Part shown: piece by piece, positions 18,830 to 29,193 of the stretch
How the letters are laid out: the number at the start of each line of letters is the position of its first letter
Numbering within the stretch: the first letter of the stretch is position 1
Origin: Acidimicrobiaceae bacterium
GTDB lineage: Bacteria; Actinomycetota; Acidimicrobiia; Acidimicrobiales; RAAP-2
Reading direction: 5' to 3'
DNA: 64,000 bases
Assembly (NCBI GenBank): GCA_003169675.1
Contig: PNAT01000179.1
Location: 3,759 to 67,758, forward strand
The notes under the pieces: generated by a model
What the model was told of the DNA's origin: nothing
The model's database searches: none
What the model saw: only the letters and a program-made list of their open reading frames with translations
Program-made: the position numbers and the translations under genes

Positions 18830-21144
18830 CGATTCTGCCCAATGATCGTCTCGCGCTGCAAGAGAAGCGAGCCGTCACTCCCGACCACGACGAGCTGCGC
18901 CGGCTCACCTTCGAGGTCATCGTCCGCCACGAGGAGGATCACCTTCCCGTGGCCACTCGTGACACGTCCCATCTCGGCGATGCTGGATCCCGCCTCCCCG
19001 GCGGTGGTGCGAAGGTCGACTGTCGCCCCCATGGGAAGACCCTCGAACTCGACCACCAGGGTGAGACCCCGCCACCTCACCTTGGTGATGACCGCTCCCT
19101 CGGTTGGACTGGCCCCCCGGCTGACAGAGATTCGAGGGACAACGCACTCCTGTGGGCTGACGCCCCCGTGCTCGTACTCCTGATTGGCCTTGAAGCACGA
19201 GATTCCGGGGGCGATGGCGATGCGCACGTCAGGATCCCAGTGCCATGGGACGGTGGGCACCTTGAGGTCGGCTACGCCAGGCTTGATCCTCGCACAGCGC
19301 CCTTTCACGACCTCCGCAACAGAAGAGGGCAGATCCTCGTTCTTTGGCAAGCCCCCAGGGAGCAGGAGCCACCCGTGGTCAGTAACGATGGTGACCTTGG
19401 CCCAACCTGCCTCGAGCAACTCGCCGATTCGGGTGGCGATCCTGCCCACTTCGTCATCGATCTCATAGGCGATGCGGATCCCGAGATCATGCGCCCGGTG
19501 ATCAATTTCCCCAGTCTCCGTCCAGGCAGTTCCATCCGGATCACCATCATTATTCGAGTCGAGCACCTGGATGCCGGCGGTACCCATGAGCGCTCTCAAG
19601 ACCTGGACCTGGGCAGAAGGGCCTTGCGGGGCCCGCCGAGCGTCGAGTTCTTCCCCCGCGGCCAGCTGATTCTGATCGATTGGCACCAGAGCCGGCTTCG
19701 ACGTCTGTGTCACCGTAGGCAGTGCCGCCAACCCGGCATCCAAGTTGACATCCAGCCCGGCCCCATTGAGGCGCTCCATCAGAATGTTGGCCACATCGAA
19801 TCGCAGGCCATCAATAAAGACGACGACTTCGCCAACTGTCGTCTTCGGTGCCGGCGTAGCGGCATACGTGCCGGCGTTCGCAGCAGGCCCGACCGCCTCC
19901 TGCAGGACCTTTGCTGCCTGTTCCATCCACGGTCGGTACACGGCATTGACGGCAGCTCCTACGGCCAGCAGGTCCGCTTTGCTTGTCACCTCGTTCAGCG
20001 TGGCCAGCACCGCCCGATCGGCCCGCCATCCAGACCCGACATACCAATCCTTGATTGCCTCCACCGAAGTGCCTGCCGGCCCCACCGAAGTGGTCCGGGC
20101 GGTCTCCGTCAGGTGTTCCAGGGCAAGGGCCAGTGGCGTCCTGCCGAGGGTCGCCCAGACGTAACTTCGACGCTCTCTGTGTGTCTCCTCGAACTTCAGT
20201 ATCTGTTCGCGCGCCTGCTGTGCCGCACTACCCGAGAGGGCCAAGAGATCAGCTCGAAGGCGATCTTCAGCCGTTGCGGCAAGGCCAGGCCACCCTCCGG
20301 GCCTGCTCGGGATGAGCTCGGCAGGTTGCGCCTGGTTCAGGCGATCAGGAATACCCGGATAGTCCGCAGGATTCTCACAAAACCGTCGCCAGACCTGCGT
20401 CCAGGTGCCCATTGCCTCACCAAGAAGGCGAGCTCCGGCGATCTCACCATCGCTGGCGGGGTTGAATCCGAAATCTTGCTGGCAAAGGCTGACGAAAGCG
20501 GTCCATGCGGCGCTGTCCAGCCCGTTGCGTGTGGCGACAGGATCGTCAAGCCAGTTCAAAAGCGATCGGACCGGGTCGGGGCTCAACATCCCGTTGAGGA
20601 AAGCCGCATCAATGTATTTGGATTCGAGCTGAGCGATGGGCCTCTCAATCAGCAACCTCAAGCTGGCAGCCAGGGCGTCGGTGGTCATCTCATCACCTGC
20701 CACGTCGAGTCCAAACCCGACTTCCTTGTTGGAGAGCAATCCCCGAATTGTCCAGTCCTTGCCGTTTGGATGATTGAACCACTGGCATCGGTACTGCAGC
20801 GCGCCTAGGGGCGCGAGATCTGCAGACGCCACGTCGAGGGCGCTGAGCGCACCTCTTGAGATGCCCGGTAAGTAAACGATGGTGCTGCCGCTCGTGGCAC
20901 CTTCGAGTTCCACAGTCCCGGCCATAACGCAACGCAGCCAGTACGATGGTCCCTGGCGTGCTTTGAGATCGAAAACTCCATAGCGCACAATGCGTCGAAT
21001 CCGCTGCAACTCGGAGATTGCTCCTTCCCACTGTCTATCCTCGTCAGGCCAGAGCATTGCGATCGGAGCTTCAAACACATTGGAGTCGAACGTACGAGCC
21101 GAATCCAGTGCTTGGACAATCCGGTCAATCAGCCTATCGCTCAC
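18826..21144 (-). CDS. pglZ: BREX alkaline-phosphatase-superfamily protein PglZ
   Basis: VVFIDGLRFDVANILMERL is the PglZ-type metal-site motif. Size and position fit PglZ. The GTG start at 21144 overlaps the pglX stop as GTGA; the track ORF start at 21246 is rejected. Confidence 0.85.
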   Translation of the reverse strand: MSDRLIDRIVQALDSARTFDSNVFEAPIAMLWPDEDRQWEGAISELQRIRRIVRYGVFDLKARQGPSYWLRCVMAGTVELEGATSGSTIVYLPGISRGALSALDVASADLAPLGALQYRCQWFNHPNGKDWTIRGLLSNKEVGFGLDVAGDEMTTDALAASLRLLIERPIAQLESKYIDAAFLNGMLSPDPVRSLLNWLDDPVATRNGLDSAAWTAFVSLCQQDFGFNPASDGEIAGARLLGEAMGTWTQVWRRFCENPADYPGIPDRLNQAQPAELIPSRPGGWPGLAATAEDRLRADLLALSGSAAQQAREQILKFEETHRERRSYVWATLGRTPLALALEHLTETARTTSVGPAGTSVEAIKDWYVGSGWRADRAVLATLNEVTSKADLLAVGAAVNAVYRPWMEQAAKVLQEAVGPAANAGTYAATPAPKTTVGEVVVFIDGLRFDVANILMERLNGAGLDVNLDAGLAALPTVTQTSKPALVPIDQNQLAAGEELDARRAPQGPSAQVQVLRALMGTAGIQVLDSNNDGDPDGTAWTETGEIDHRAHDLGIRIAYEIDDEVGRIATRIGELLEAGWAKVTIVTDHGWLLLPGGLPKNEDLPSSVAEVVKGRCARIKPGVADLKVPTVPWHWDPDVRIAIAPGISCFKANQEYEHGGVSPQECVVPRISVSRGASPTEGAVITKVRWRGLTLVVEFEGLPMGATVDLRTTAGEAGSSIAEMGRVTSGHGKVILLVADDDLEGEPAQLVVVGSDGSLLLQRETIIGQNR

Positions 21145-24100
21145 GTCGTCTGCCTCTTCCGGGCAGCAATCTTTTCGGCCAGCGAATAGTGGAGATGGTT
21201 GTGCCGTTCGGTGCCGTCCAGGTTCTTGCCACGGTCCTTGTCCCACTTGACGTTGAATTTGGTTCGCAACACGCCGGCTTCGACGAAAGGGCGCACATTC
21301 AGGCGGACTCCATCATTGAGGTCCGGCTCCCAACCAATCGGTTGTTGTTCCAACGACTTCCAGCGCGCGTAGATGTCGTAGGGAGATTCACCCTCGATGA
21401 CTAGTTCCAATCGACGTTGCAGATCTTGGGCGGCGGCCAGACGTTCCTCAGCGCCGGTGACGTCGTCGCGCGCACCAGCCGACTGCCGCTCAATCCAGTC
21501 GCCGAGGTATGTGTAAGTCAGTCGTTCGAGATTGGCTCGATTAAGTCGGTGATAATTCACGAGGGCCGAGAAGCCGTCTTTGCGACCATCCCAGATCTGC
21601 CAGACAAATGGCCGGTTCTTAAAAAGTTGGCAGTGTGCCTTGAAGAAGTCATCCCGAAGCCAAGACTCACAGTCGCTCTTCGTGGTGCCCGACGACGCAA
21701 GGAGTTCGACCAATCGGGACGCCGCCCAAGAGTCACCGAAAGTTCGTGCCAGCATCTCTTGCAGACGATCAGAGGCGGGTGGCTCACCGAGTACGGATGG
21801 CAAGCAGACGATGCCATCTTCGTCTGCCATGGCGTCGAGATCGGCGGAGCCTTTCTGCTCGGGCCAGCAGTAACCGAGCAGCCGTCCGATCGCAACCTGC
21901 AATGGCTCGGTGGCCATCTCGGGACATCCATCGAACAGCCACTGGGTTGGATCATCCGACTTGGGCTGGGGTAATCCATCTGGGAACTGGTCGGCGGCCA
22001 CTTGGCGCCAGTGTCCGACATCGAATGGAACCTTCAGGAGAGTCTTCGGCGTCAATTTGATCGATTGGTCGATCTGTCGTACCAGTTTTGAATGCTCTCC
22101 AGACGCCATGAACTGCCACATCGCAGGAAGAAGACTCTGATCATTCGGGACTACTGCGCAGCAGTTCATGTCATAGCGGTCGCCAAGGTAAACGGTTGGC
22201 AACAAATCGCCCATGAGACTCACAGCAATACCTGGCTTTCCCCAGGAGGGCTTTCCGCTTCGCCAGTTCTGAGCCGCATGGTTCAAGTGACTAACGCTTT
22301 CGGCGAATGCAGCCAACTCACCTTGCTCGCGTTCCCACCGGATAACTTTTGACCTGCCACCGTAAAGAACTACAGCCTCAACTGAGCTTTGCTGTCTCTC
22401 CCAGACGTCTCCCACATTTGATATTTCCCAAAACTGTCGATCAAATCTCGGGGAGTCTCCAGTGCGGATTCCCTCCAGTGCCTCAGCAAAGGAACTCAGC
22501 ATCAACAGGCCCTGCGTCTCGTATCCAAGCAGTATTCGGGCGTCTGGGTTCAAGAGCTGTCGGGCCTGGTCCCATTGAATCAAATAGGCAGTACGGCATT
22601 CCAACGCTTTAAGTTCAGGCGATGACGCATCCTCCACATCAAGGCCGAATGACAACTCGCCATTGGGGGCGTCGTCAGCCGTCGCAATTACCAATGCTGG
22701 GTTCGCCCGAAGCGTCGTAGTGAACGCGCCCAAGCCGAGTCTGACTAGAAATCGCCAACCGCATCTCTCTAGTGTCCGCTTCCGCATTGGTTGATATCGA
22801 ACCAAGAACAACCATTCGGCTGGGCCGACGATGGCCACAGAGGTCGAGCTTTTGCCAGATATCCACCACCTGTCGAGGAATACCGTGGCTAGGTCGTGGC
22901 GAGCTTGGAAGTGTGACTGTTCGATGTAGGTCTTGAGCTTGTCCACGTGTCGATTGAAACTAAGAAAAGGGACATTTGTCACTACCAACGAATAGTGGCG
23001 GCTCAAGTAGTCGGCGGCTCGTGCGATGCCTGCTGCATCTGCTCCAAGAACGGCCGTTGCTGGGTCATCACTTTCAGCGGTGAGAGCTTTGTTCAACAGT
23101 GGTGCGACATCATCCCAATCGACGTCATCGAAGGACTTTTGAAGGCCAGTGGCATCGGTGAGTTCGGTCACTTTCTTGGGATCAATAAGGCTTCCGAGAG
23201 TGTCCGCATCTCGGAACAGAATGTGCAGCCGGACAAGTGCTTTTTCGAGTTGGGGGTCACCCCCGGCTAGCGCCGTCCACTCCCCTACTGGCGCCTTGAC
23301 CGGGATGCCCGAGCAGGCCACGTTCGGGACTGGAAGCTCTCGCCATCCACCCCCGGCCTTCCAGGCCGTCAATGCTACGGCAAACATTGCGATCTGCACA
23401 CACCGAGGATCGAGTTCAAGCCCAAACAGATTGTCCCGAAGCACAGCGTCTTGGGAGGACACCGCGGCCAGATCTTCCTCCTCCGAGCGCATGCGCCAAA
23501 GCATCCCAAATGCCTCAACCAAGAAGTGGCCTGACCCACAACAAGGATCCATCACCTTGACGTCCGCTACTCGATCAGGCCAGCCATCGAAGCTACCCGC
23601 CGCGGGTGCGCCAGCGTCGTCGAATCGTAGGAACTCCCACTCCTTCAAAAGAGGACTGTCCGGATGGCGACAAGCCCACCAGGCACCTAGTGAGTTCTCC
23701 AGTAGGAAGCGAACCATGTAGTTCTCGGTAAACAGTTGGGTCACCGGTCCGAGGTCTGCACCACCGATCTTGCGCTCAGAGGCGTTGACCTCGTCCTTCT
23801 TCTCCTTCTGCCAGAACTGGTAGACCCAGCCGAGGGCATCGTCGGCCAAGAACATCTGAGCTGGCAGCCCACTGACAATCTTCTCCAGCTCGAGCCGTCC
23901 CTCTGATGCAAGTCGGAGCCGCACGCAAGGATCGTCGAGTCGGAAGATCCCGGGCAGGATCTCCGCGGCGAATCGACCCGCCACGGCCCATCCATCGGGC
24001 TCTTTGAGACCACCCGCCAGCTCCTCACACTCGGCAAGTGTGACGGGAGCGCGATACTCCGGGTGAATCAGGAGACCATTCTCCGCCAGGAAGCGGGCGA

Positions 24101-24359
24101 ACAAGAGTCGGTGCCATTGCTCGTAGGCGCATTCTGATACGAGGAGAGCAATCGAATCTCCTTCGTCGCCGAGTTGCCGGCTCTTGGCCCGCAACCCCCG
24201 GCGGATGGTCCGCTCGGATTCGCTCAGATGGGACGGGGCGGTCTTCGACGCAACGCTGAATGCACCTATTGCAGCACGGCAGGCTTGCTCAGCGGCGCGA
24301 CGACCCCGTACGCAGGCCTCCTCCAGTTCCTTCCGCAATCCTGATGCCAGAACGCTCAC
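21141..24359 (-). CDS. pglX: BREX N6-adenine DNA methyltransferase PglX
   Basis: SAM motif I is VMDPCCGSGHFLVEAF (23520-23555). Motif IV is variant: VVTNVPFLS (NVPF at 22965-22976). Length 1072 aa, with a GAAGGAG SD before the GTG start. Confidence 0.85.
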   Translation of the reverse strand: MSVLASGLRKELEEACVRGRRAAEQACRAAIGAFSVASKTAPSHLSESERTIRRGLRAKSRQLGDEGDSIALLVSECAYEQWHRLLFARFLAENGLLIHPEYRAPVTLAECEELAGGLKEPDGWAVAGRFAAEILPGIFRLDDPCVRLRLASEGRLELEKIVSGLPAQMFLADDALGWVYQFWQKEKKDEVNASERKIGGADLGPVTQLFTENYMVRFLLENSLGAWWACRHPDSPLLKEWEFLRFDDAGAPAAGSFDGWPDRVADVKVMDPCCGSGHFLVEAFGMLWRMRSEEEDLAAVSSQDAVLRDNLFGLELDPRCVQIAMFAVALTAWKAGGGWRELPVPNVACSGIPVKAPVGEWTALAGGDPQLEKALVRLHILFRDADTLGSLIDPKKVTELTDATGLQKSFDDVDWDDVAPLLNKALTAESDDPATAVLGADAAGIARAADYLSRHYSLVVTNVPFLSFNRHVDKLKTYIEQSHFQARHDLATVFLDRWWISGKSSTSVAIVGPAEWLFLVRYQPMRKRTLERCGWRFLVRLGLGAFTTTLRANPALVIATADDAPNGELSFGLDVEDASSPELKALECRTAYLIQWDQARQLLNPDARILLGYETQGLLMLSSFAEALEGIRTGDSPRFDRQFWEISNVGDVWERQQSSVEAVVLYGGRSKVIRWEREQGELAAFAESVSHLNHAAQNWRSGKPSWGKPGIAVSLMGDLLPTVYLGDRYDMNCCAVVPNDQSLLPAMWQFMASGEHSKLVRQIDQSIKLTPKTLLKVPFDVGHWRQVAADQFPDGLPQPKSDDPTQWLFDGCPEMATEPLQVAIGRLLGYCWPEQKGSADLDAMADEDGIVCLPSVLGEPPASDRLQEMLARTFGDSWAASRLVELLASSGTTKSDCESWLRDDFFKAHCQLFKNRPFVWQIWDGRKDGFSALVNYHRLNRANLERLTYTYLGDWIERQSAGARDDVTGAEERLAAAQDLQRRLELVIEGESPYDIYARWKSLEQQPIGWEPDLNDGVRLNVRPFVEAGVLRTKFNVKWDKDRGKNLDGTERHNHLHYSLAEKIAARKRQTT

Positions 24360-24374
24360 GCTGATTGCTCCTTC

Positions 24375-27300
24375 TCAGATGATGATGGTTTCGCCAGCAT
24401 TGACATGCTGAATGAGCTGATCGCGGAACGCGGAGACGTAGACATCCACCTCTTCCTCCGTCTTGATTGTGGCACTCGCTGGTTTCACGGTCACACTCTT
24501 CGGTTCGAGTTTCAAAGATGCGGCGGCCCGTGCGGCGGATACTTTTGCCGGCAGAGCCTGCCCGCGCTCCTTCAAACTTGCGAGTGGAGTCGAGTCAAGC
24601 GCCCTCAGGAGTTCCTCATCCGTATTGACCAGAAGGCCTTCGATCGGGATCAGTGCCACGTCTTTCAGCAGTTCGCCACGGTCGTCCGCGTCAAGCTGCT
24701 TCCACTCTGCGGATTCCTCCAGGCTGGCCAATTCTCCTTTGTATGCAGCCCCCAGAGCTGTCACCTCCGAATTCACTGCCGCCCGCAAAATGGAACATAG
24801 CGATGTAACGAGAGGCGCGACCGGATCAGGTTCGCTCAGCAGGAGGCGATTTGCCAGAATGGCGTCGCGTTGGACAATGACGGGTCCAGATCCTTCGAGA
24901 TTCTCCGCATGTTTGATGAGCCGATTGACCCGATCCCATTCGGTCTCCCGCTCCGCGCGTTGGTCTACTTCAACCGTCCACACACTTATGTCCTGTCGAA
25001 GTTGTTCTGCGGCCTTCGCAACTTCGCGGAACTGCTGGTTTCCCGCCAGGCCCATCAGGGATAGGAGGCGTTCAGTATCGGGGGGTGGTGGGAGTGGAGC
25101 AGGGCCGCCGGCGCGGTTGGCTAGACCGACAAGATGTTGCAAAAGTCCGCTGATGGCGGCACCTTCCTGGCCTGACACGTACTGGACACTTGCGTCTCCC
25201 AGGAGGCCCCTTACCGCGAGGCGTTCAGGAGTAGAAGGAGGAGCATCCTCCTTATAGAAAGTGCTTTTGCCGATTTGGGTGGGCGGCAATTCCTTTGCGC
25301 CGGCCACTGGCAGTCCTTCTCGGTCGGCTCGGACGTTGCCATTGGACAGGAGTGCAATCAGGGCTGCATCGACGGCATCCTTTGGCCATCCATATGGGGC
25401 AGCCATCAGCTGACCTTGGAGCTCGCTACCTTTCGTCCCCGCACCCGACGTCCGGGCAAGTACCTCCTTGCACACCGGGTTTTCCGGCACTTCGCTATTC
25501 CAGCCGACCGAGGCGAGCGCATCAGGAGCGCCATCTCGGGCCTTGTCGATTACCTTGCTCCAATTGACGTTGTCGCCTGGTCCGAACTTGGGAAACAAGC
25601 GTGCGAGCGAACTACGTCCCGCCGACTCCACTCCGTCTCGCAATGAGAACGTTGTCGGCTCGTTGCCCCCTCCTTGAAACACCCGAGCCTTCATAACTAC
25701 CGTCCCAAACAGTGAACCGAGTTTTGTTTGGCCTTCCGAAGCGCGCGACTGCATCCCCTGCTTGGCCTGACGACCTTCATCGGTCTGAGGCTCGGGCCGC
25801 TGGTTGATGGTGTCGGTTGCTGCGGCGTAGTTGGCCAAGGCATCGCGAATTCCTTCGGCGTCCACCCTCGGCAGAAGTACAAAAACTATTGGACTGTCGA
25901 CACCAGCCTGCGATGCAGCTTCCTTAGCCTTCGCCTCGGTCACGTTCCACTCATCACGAATCCACACCGGGATTGACGAGCCATCGACAGTCGGTTCAAC
26001 GTCACCCCAAATGCGATCAAGCTTTCTCGGCGTCTTACTCTCGCCGTGCAGAAGCTTGATGCCCGAGAGCTCATCATCAACGGTCTTGAGGAGCCATTCA
26101 TTGCGCAACTGGGACATCCGCGTCGCATCATCACGGATCGATGCTCGTCGCTGATTGAACTCCTTGGTCCACTCGGCACCTTCTTCTGTCTGAAGGCGGT
26201 ACTCATCACCAAGCTTCATGACTCGACCCTGCTCCACGAGTTCCTCGAGGACTCTCGGGACGTCCTTGCGGAGCAAGGACCCATCAGCCGAGAGATCCTC
26301 CACGAGGAGGTCAGCGATGTTGGCCGCTGTTGCACGGACGCCGGTATCTCCCACTCCTTCGTGCGGGAGCTGAGAAATGAGGAACACGAGCGCGCATGCC
26401 CGAGATTTGAGCTCCCCATCAGACGTTCCGTCCTGAAGTCCCCTAATCAGTTCGTCGATCTCCTTGAGGAGGACGCCGCTCTGCATCATGCTGGCCGACT
26501 CGGACCGGAATACGAAGTCGCCCCCGATGACTGTTCCCAGCGGCTTGTTGGCCACACTGCGAGCAGCTTCGTGAACGATTTTCAACTGTGTCCGCAGGGC
26601 GCCAGCCTTGCCGCCGGCATTGTCGATCGCCCGCAATGCTCGCTCCCAAAAGCGGCGACGTGTAGGCAGTAGCGGGTAGTCAGCCACCTGTGTCGCCTTG
26701 TCGGCCGCCCGGGCCTCGAGCTTGGTACCCGCGAGCTCTCGGTCGATCTCACCACTGACCTTGTTCAGTGCTTCAGTGATCTCAGGGATCGAATCCGGCT
26801 TCTTGCGCAAAACGACCTTGCGGACCACCGTCTCGACATCAGTGTCGGACAGTGCGACCGTCACCGAGAACCGATCGATGAGTTTTTGCAGGGTCGGATT
26901 GGCCATCAGGGCCGCTTGGCCGGTAGCTACGATCAGCACCTGACTACCGAACTTCGATGAACATGCCTCGGCGAGTCCCTGAACTTCCAACGCCTTCGCA
27001 TTGTCGTCGTTGATGTACTGCTGCATCTCATCGAGAACAACTAGGACCAGCGGGAGCTTGCCATTAGTCGAGCTCTCCAGCTTCAGGACTTCTTCAAATG
27101 TGTCGAGCATGTCTCTCTCGCTGATGTCATCGGCCATCGGGAACTGTGCTTGCAGTGCGGTACTCACCGCGGCCGCGGTATCGCCGTAGGTGACCCCAGC
27201 TTCGATCAATGCTTGAGCCAGTGCACTCGATACGTAGAGGTTGCGAAGCTCGAAGGCAAAGTCACGACCCGCTCCTTCGACGGCTGCCTTCACCTGGTCG

Positions 27301-27842
27301 AACTTGTTCTCGCTCTTCAGACGGATGGCGAGCTTGGCAGGCGCGTACTGCTGCGGCAGGCCGGCCGCCTCGAAGATGATCGTCAGGAAGGCGAGGCGCA
27401 CCGATCCCGATACACCTGCCCCGAGGGTCCCCGCTGCTGACCAGAGTCCCCCGACCCGCTTGGCTGCGTTTGACAGCTCGACGAGTTCGGCCTTGATGGC
27501 GTCAGGTAGATCGGCGAGACCACGTGCCGACACCCCCGAGGGCAGTTGGTCGTCACGCCACAGATACTCAAGTACCCGCATCAGGTGGGATTTGCCGCTG
27601 CCGAAGAACCCGCTGACCCAGACTGCCGGCTGCTGGGCTTGACTCAGGTGGCTCAGGAACTGGTCGAGGATCCTTTGGAGACCACGCTCGTACTCCCCCT
27701 CGCACACAAAGCTCCGCAGCTCCCACTCCAGAGTTGCCCATTCCGAGGCGCTCTCGGGTGTCTCAACCTTGGCCACACCAAGGTTGGGGATGTCCACCTC
27801 TGTTGGATCAAACGCAAATACGTCACGATTCGTGATGGTCAC
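24375..27842 (-). CDS. brxC: BREX P-loop ATPase BrxC/PglY
   Basis: VSGFFGSGKSHLMRVL Walker A near the N-terminus and LVVLDEMQQY Walker B. Length 1155 aa, positioned between brxB and pglX. Confidence 0.85.
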   Translation of the reverse strand: MTITNRDVFAFDPTEVDIPNLGVAKVETPESASEWATLEWELRSFVCEGEYERGLQRILDQFLSHLSQAQQPAVWVSGFFGSGKSHLMRVLEYLWRDDQLPSGVSARGLADLPDAIKAELVELSNAAKRVGGLWSAAGTLGAGVSGSVRLAFLTIIFEAAGLPQQYAPAKLAIRLKSENKFDQVKAAVEGAGRDFAFELRNLYVSSALAQALIEAGVTYGDTAAAVSTALQAQFPMADDISERDMLDTFEEVLKLESSTNGKLPLVLVVLDEMQQYINDDNAKALEVQGLAEACSSKFGSQVLIVATGQAALMANPTLQKLIDRFSVTVALSDTDVETVVRKVVLRKKPDSIPEITEALNKVSGEIDRELAGTKLEARAADKATQVADYPLLPTRRRFWERALRAIDNAGGKAGALRTQLKIVHEAARSVANKPLGTVIGGDFVFRSESASMMQSGVLLKEIDELIRGLQDGTSDGELKSRACALVFLISQLPHEGVGDTGVRATAANIADLLVEDLSADGSLLRKDVPRVLEELVEQGRVMKLGDEYRLQTEEGAEWTKEFNQRRASIRDDATRMSQLRNEWLLKTVDDELSGIKLLHGESKTPRKLDRIWGDVEPTVDGSSIPVWIRDEWNVTEAKAKEAASQAGVDSPIVFVLLPRVDAEGIRDALANYAAATDTINQRPEPQTDEGRQAKQGMQSRASEGQTKLGSLFGTVVMKARVFQGGGNEPTTFSLRDGVESAGRSSLARLFPKFGPGDNVNWSKVIDKARDGAPDALASVGWNSEVPENPVCKEVLARTSGAGTKGSELQGQLMAAPYGWPKDAVDAALIALLSNGNVRADREGLPVAGAKELPPTQIGKSTFYKEDAPPSTPERLAVRGLLGDASVQYVSGQEGAAISGLLQHLVGLANRAGGPAPLPPPPDTERLLSLMGLAGNQQFREVAKAAEQLRQDISVWTVEVDQRAERETEWDRVNRLIKHAENLEGSGPVIVQRDAILANRLLLSEPDPVAPLVTSLCSILRAAVNSEVTALGAAYKGELASLEESAEWKQLDADDRGELLKDVALIPIEGLLVNTDEELLRALDSTPLASLKERGQALPAKVSAARAAASLKLEPKSVTVKPASATIKTEEEVDVYVSAFRDQLIQHVNAGETIII

Positions 27843-27847
27843 GAGTT

Positions 27848-28402
27848 CTAGCCCCTCTCCGCGGTGATAGGTGTTGCGAGGTAGTTCCAGCCGTCTTTGG
27901 CTCCTAGAAGGCGATAGTTGTTGCCTTCGATTTCGCCGGGAAAGAACACCAGCAATCGTCCGGCCACACGATCCTGTACGCGTTCGATGAGAGCCGACAC
28001 CCGCACGTGGTCGCCGAGTCCATAGAGGCTGGCGGCCCCGACGATTCCGATGATGGTCTTCTCGGATGTCCTCGCCTCGATCTCACTTCCAACATCTTTT
28101 GCCAGCTGGTCAAAGAACCCGAGAAGCTCGGGCTGCATCAGTTTCGGATTAGCGAAATACGCGTCGCGGTACTCGTGTGAGGCCATCCACATCTCGAACT
28201 CGCTGCTGATGTCGATCTTGCTCCACTCGTAACCGGCGGCTTTGGTTGCGTTCTCGAATTCGGGCAGGTGGAGGCGCAGCCGGCGCTCATCTTCCGGCGC
28301 ATACACGGCCATCCAGACTCGTTGTGCCGGCGCCAGCATGTTGGGCCACGGGAGCTTCACGAATCTCCCATAGTTAGCGATCAAGTCATCAATGCGACTC
28401 AC
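27848..28402 (-). CDS. brxB: BREX protein BrxB (DUF1788-like)
   Basis: RVWMAVYAPEDERRLRLHL...YRDAYFANP...GRLLVFFPGEIEGNNYRLLGAKDGWNYLATPI matches the DUF1788 pattern I recall. Confidence 0.8.
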   Translation of the reverse strand: MSRIDDLIANYGRFVKLPWPNMLAPAQRVWMAVYAPEDERRLRLHLPEFENATKAAGYEWSKIDISSEFEMWMASHEYRDAYFANPKLMQPELLGFFDQLAKDVGSEIEARTSEKTIIGIVGAASLYGLGDHVRVSALIERVQDRVAGRLLVFFPGEIEGNNYRLLGAKDGWNYLATPITAERG

Positions 28403-29193
28403 AGCAGTTGACCTTCCATCGGACGAAGTAGTTCAGTGAAATTGACTTCTGTTACGCCTCCGCTGTTCTTGAATTCGATCAAGGAACGCTGCGAGGCAAC
28501 TGAAGCCAGATCAATCAGGTGCGACTTCGGCTGATCGAGGACCCGCGCCCAAAAGGTGTCGAAAAGGGCGGCGCCCCGGATCCCTTCGAGATGGCCAAGG
28601 AGAAGCGCATACGCCGTCGCCGATGCAGTGCAGGTCGGGCGACGTCGGGACTTCATGCCGTTGGACATTCCTTCGAGATGGCCGGTCTGCTCCCAGGACG
28701 AGAAAGTGTTCCGGCCGATCTTGGCAACTGTCGACGCGCTGTACGCCGTCGGGAAGAACTTCTCTACTGCCCCCGCCAGATCAGCACTGATGATCTCATC
28801 CCCCGGGCTGCTCTCAAAGATCACCGTCGCCGAAGCCCGAAACACAGCATCTCGAGCAAGCGCGCACAATCCCGCCAGGAGCGGCTGCCCCGCGACGTCA
28901 TCGGTCCACAGGTCTCGGATACTCCGGAAGAGGATGGAATCAGGCCGCAGAAGGTAGAGCTCACGAAGGTAGCGGAACGTTCGAGACCTCGATCCAGCGG
29001 TCTCCTTGCCGAGCACGTTGTCACCGACCACGGCCCGTTCGTATTCGACTGTGGTGGCGCTCGAGTCCACCACATTGAAGAGGTGGGTCAGCGCGGGAAT
29101 GATGATCGTGTGACTGGTGTTGGTCCCCCCACTGCGATCGAACGGGACGATCTCTTGATCAATCAAGACCGAGCCTCCCGGAGCTGAAACCAC
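28399..29193 (-). CDS. brxA: BREX protein BrxA-like (DUF1819-like)
   Basis: Its position is 5' of brxB. The segments NVLGKETAGSRSRTFRYLRELYLL, LLAGLCALARDAVFRASATVIF and STVAKIGRNTFSSWEQTGHL parallel BrxA helices as I recall them. The GTG start is uncertain and overlaps the upstream HTH gene. Confidence 0.6.
   Translation of the reverse strand: MVSAPGGSVLIDQEIVPFDRSGGTNTSHTIIIPALTHLFNVVDSSATTVEYERAVVGDNVLGKETAGSRSRTFRYLRELYLLRPDSILFRSIRDLWTDDVAGQPLLAGLCALARDAVFRASATVIFESSPGDEIISADLAGAVEKFFPTAYSASTVAKIGRNTFSSWEQTGHLEGMSNGMKSRRRPTCTASATAYALLLGHLEGIRGAALFDTFWARVLDQPKSHLIDLASVASQRSLIEFKNSGGVTEVNFTELLRPMEGQLL

Noticed and set aside
18787-20808. 673-aa plus-strand ORF opposite pglZ
   Set aside because: It lies antisense to pglZ, which has the IDGLRFD motif and operon coupling. 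No motifs appear in the plus-frame translation.
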